The notes below the pieces were generated by a model. It saw only the letters and a list, made by a program, of their open reading frames with translations, did not search any database and was not told the DNA's origin. A stretch of DNA of 64,000 nt from Vulcanimicrobiota bacterium (GTDB taxonomy: Bacteria > Vulcanimicrobiota > Xenobia > Xenobiales > JADMJV01), in the NCBI GenBank assembly GCA_050250895.1, contig JBFWNU010000008.1, forward strand, positions 96,001 to 160,000. The letters are read 5' to 3'. Positions 62,367-64,000 of this stretch are shown here, one piece after another. Each line of letters starts with the position of its first letter. The first letter of the stretch is position 1. The translations under genes were made by a program, and so were the position numbers.

Positions 62367-63344
62367 GTGCTGGATCTTCAATGGCTCAGGGAATTCCACT
62401 TCGGCCGCCGCCCCTGGGGACAACTGTTCATTGCGCGGGTGTTGTTAGAACTCGATTTTCGACGTAGCCACACCCACATCGTGCTGGAGGGAGCCGAGAA
62501 TCTGCCCTCGGATGGCGGCGCCTTTCTAGCCATGAATCATACCGACCGGTTCAACTACATGCCGTTCATGTATAAGCTCGACCGGCTGAGCTTGCCTCCC
62601 GCCGCGCCGTGGGTGAAGGGCAAGTACTACCAGAAGCGCTGGCTGGGGCGTATCCTCAACCTGTGCGACTGCATCCCCGTCCCCTCGCGCGGTTTCATCA
62701 TCTCCCTCGACTTCAAGCGCGTAAGCGGCCACGCTCCCAGTGCCGAACAATACCGGCTTTTGCGGGATCTGGTCGACGGCCAACTCGACCCCAGTGACTT
62801 GCCCGATGACACCCGTCTGCGCGCCTTCATCACCTCGGTGGAGGGAGAGGCGCAAAAGCCGTTTCTGGAATATTTCCATGACCTCTTTGCCCGCATGGCC
62901 GAGCAAGTCGTGCGCATCAATCGCGAGGCCCTGGAGCGCGGCTACATGCCGCTGGTCTTTCCGCAGGGAACTCGTTCGCGCCGGCTGTCGCGAGGCTACA
63001 CCGGTCTGGCGCAGGTGGCCGGCCACGTCGGGGCCAGTATCATCCCCGTGGGGGTCAGTGGAGCCGACCGTCTCTATCCCGACAGCAAGCCATTCTCGCG
63101 TGGGGGCACCGTCATCTATCGGGTAGGTCAGCCGCTTCGGCCTGATGGCCCGGAACTTGCGCCCTTTCGGGTCGAAACACCCTACGTGCCGCTCTCGTTA
63201 GAGGCCGGCCGAAACCATCAGGCCAAGTTCGAGGGCCAAACCGAGGTGGTGATGGATGCCATCAACCAGTTGCTCGAGCCCGACTATCAGTACAGCGACG
63301 ATCGGGCCTCGGACGGAGTTAGCGGCGTGCGGCGCTTTCTCTGA
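62367..63344 (+). CDS. PlsC-like lysophospholipid acyltransferase family protein
   Basis: EGAENLP, AMNHTDRFN (non-canonical HX4N), VFPQGTRS, IIPVGVSG. Confidence 0.78.
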   Translation: MLDLQWLREFHFGRRPWGQLFIARVLLELDFRRSHTHIVLEGAENLPSDGGAFLAMNHTDRFNYMPFMYKLDRLSLPPAAPWVKGKYYQKRWLGRILNLCDCIPVPSRGFIISLDFKRVSGHAPSAEQYRLLRDLVDGQLDPSDLPDDTRLRAFITSVEGEAQKPFLEYFHDLFARMAEQVVRINREALERGYMPLVFPQGTRSRRLSRGYTGLAQVAGHVGASIIPVGVSGADRLYPDSKPFSRGGTVIYRVGQPLRPDGPELAPFRVETPYVPLSLEAGRNHQAKFEGQTEVVMDAINQLLEPDYQYSDDRASDGVSGVRRFL

Positions 63345-64000
63345 GACGCTCGACGGTATCCTCCAGACGGGCCATCTGTTGCTCGAGCGAACGAGCGAGC
63401 GCGAATTGGGCGCGGGCTCGTTCGAGGTTGTGGTCGGGCCGGTGGACCTTGAAATACGTGTCGCCTTCAAGATGGTCGGTGAGAAAGCGGACCCCGATCT
63501 CAAGCGTGATGACCCAGCCAGACAAAGCCAACAGCTGGATTTCGGCGGGCGTGAGCACGTCGTGAACCTGCTCGAGATAACCCTCGGTCAGAGCCGAAAA
63601 GAGCGCATGGTCGACGGTTAGAAGCGAAAGGTTGGTCTCGTCCTCGGCGGCCAGGCAGGTGGTCGTGCGCACCATGTCGCCAAAGTCGAACAAGGCCAGT
63701 CCCGGCATGACGGTGTCGAGGTCGATGACACAAACCGCTTCATCGGTGATCGAATCGAGCAGAACGTTGTTGATTTTGGTGTCGTTGTGGGTGATGCGCT
63801 CAGGCAAGCCAGCCTCGATGAGGCGCCCCGCCCGCTCTTGCCGCTCGCCCACAAAGTCGATTTCGGGCCCGGCACCGGCCTTGCGCCCGCGCGGGTTGGC
63901 CTCGACGGCCGCCAGCAGCCGTTCGATTCGCCTGGGAGTGTGGTGAAAGTCGGGCAGAGTCTCGTGTAGTCTAGGTCCGGGCAGGTCGGCCACCGCCTTG
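63319..64000 (-). CDS. APH-family phosphotransferase (N-acetylhexosamine-kinase-like); 5' end outside window
   Basis: LHETLPDFH.T, THNDTKINNVL, IDLDTVMPG, DFGD, RFLTDHLEGDTYF. Confidence 0.85.
   Translation of the reverse strand, partial: KAVADLPGPRLHETLPDFHHTPRRIERLLAAVEANPRGRKAGAGPEIDFVGERQERAGRLIEAGLPERITHNDTKINNVLLDSITDEAVCVIDLDTVMPGLALFDFGDMVRTTTCLAAEDETNLSLLTVDHALFSALTEGYLEQVHDVLTPAEIQLLALSGWVITLEIGVRFLTDHLEGDTYFKVHRPDHNLERARAQFALARSLEQQMARLEDTVERLRESAARR

Overview
A 64-kb, GC-rich, densely coding bacterial chromosomal segment with about 56 plausible CDSs. I saw no rRNA, tRNA, CRISPR array, IS element or prophage. Housekeeping blocks are a CdaA-CdaR (diadenylate cyclase/YbbR) fusion, gor-sucA-sucB-lpdA, purD-purM-purN with a convergent purH, srkA, two diguanylate cyclases and a sensor kinase. 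There is also an alternative complex III operon (actA, split actB1/actB2, actC, fused actDE, no actF) behind a Rex/CRP-type palindrome. The most striking accessory element is a pair of ~1,030-aa Clp/Hsp100-type double-AAA+ ATPases (40605-43682 and 46361-49459, both minus strand). Their C-termini resemble class I peptide-chain release factors lacking the GGQ and stop-codon-recognition loops, which makes them a candidate ribosome-associated unfoldase/rescue system. An oppositely oriented PilV/W/X-like minor-pilin trio splits the pair. Other observations: several leaderless hydrolases or glycine-zipper proteins with similar disordered N-termini, a duplicated 110-bp structured REP-like element, a GH114-like protein with a VPETG sorting signal, a pair of exported prenyltransferase-fold proteins, and apparent over-use of CTCGAG in more than one codon frame. 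Gene style loosely suggests an Eremiobacterota/Vulcanimicrobiota-like organism (weak inference). All family calls come from motif recognition by eye, with no database searches, and some starts were re-chosen from RBS or overlap evidence.
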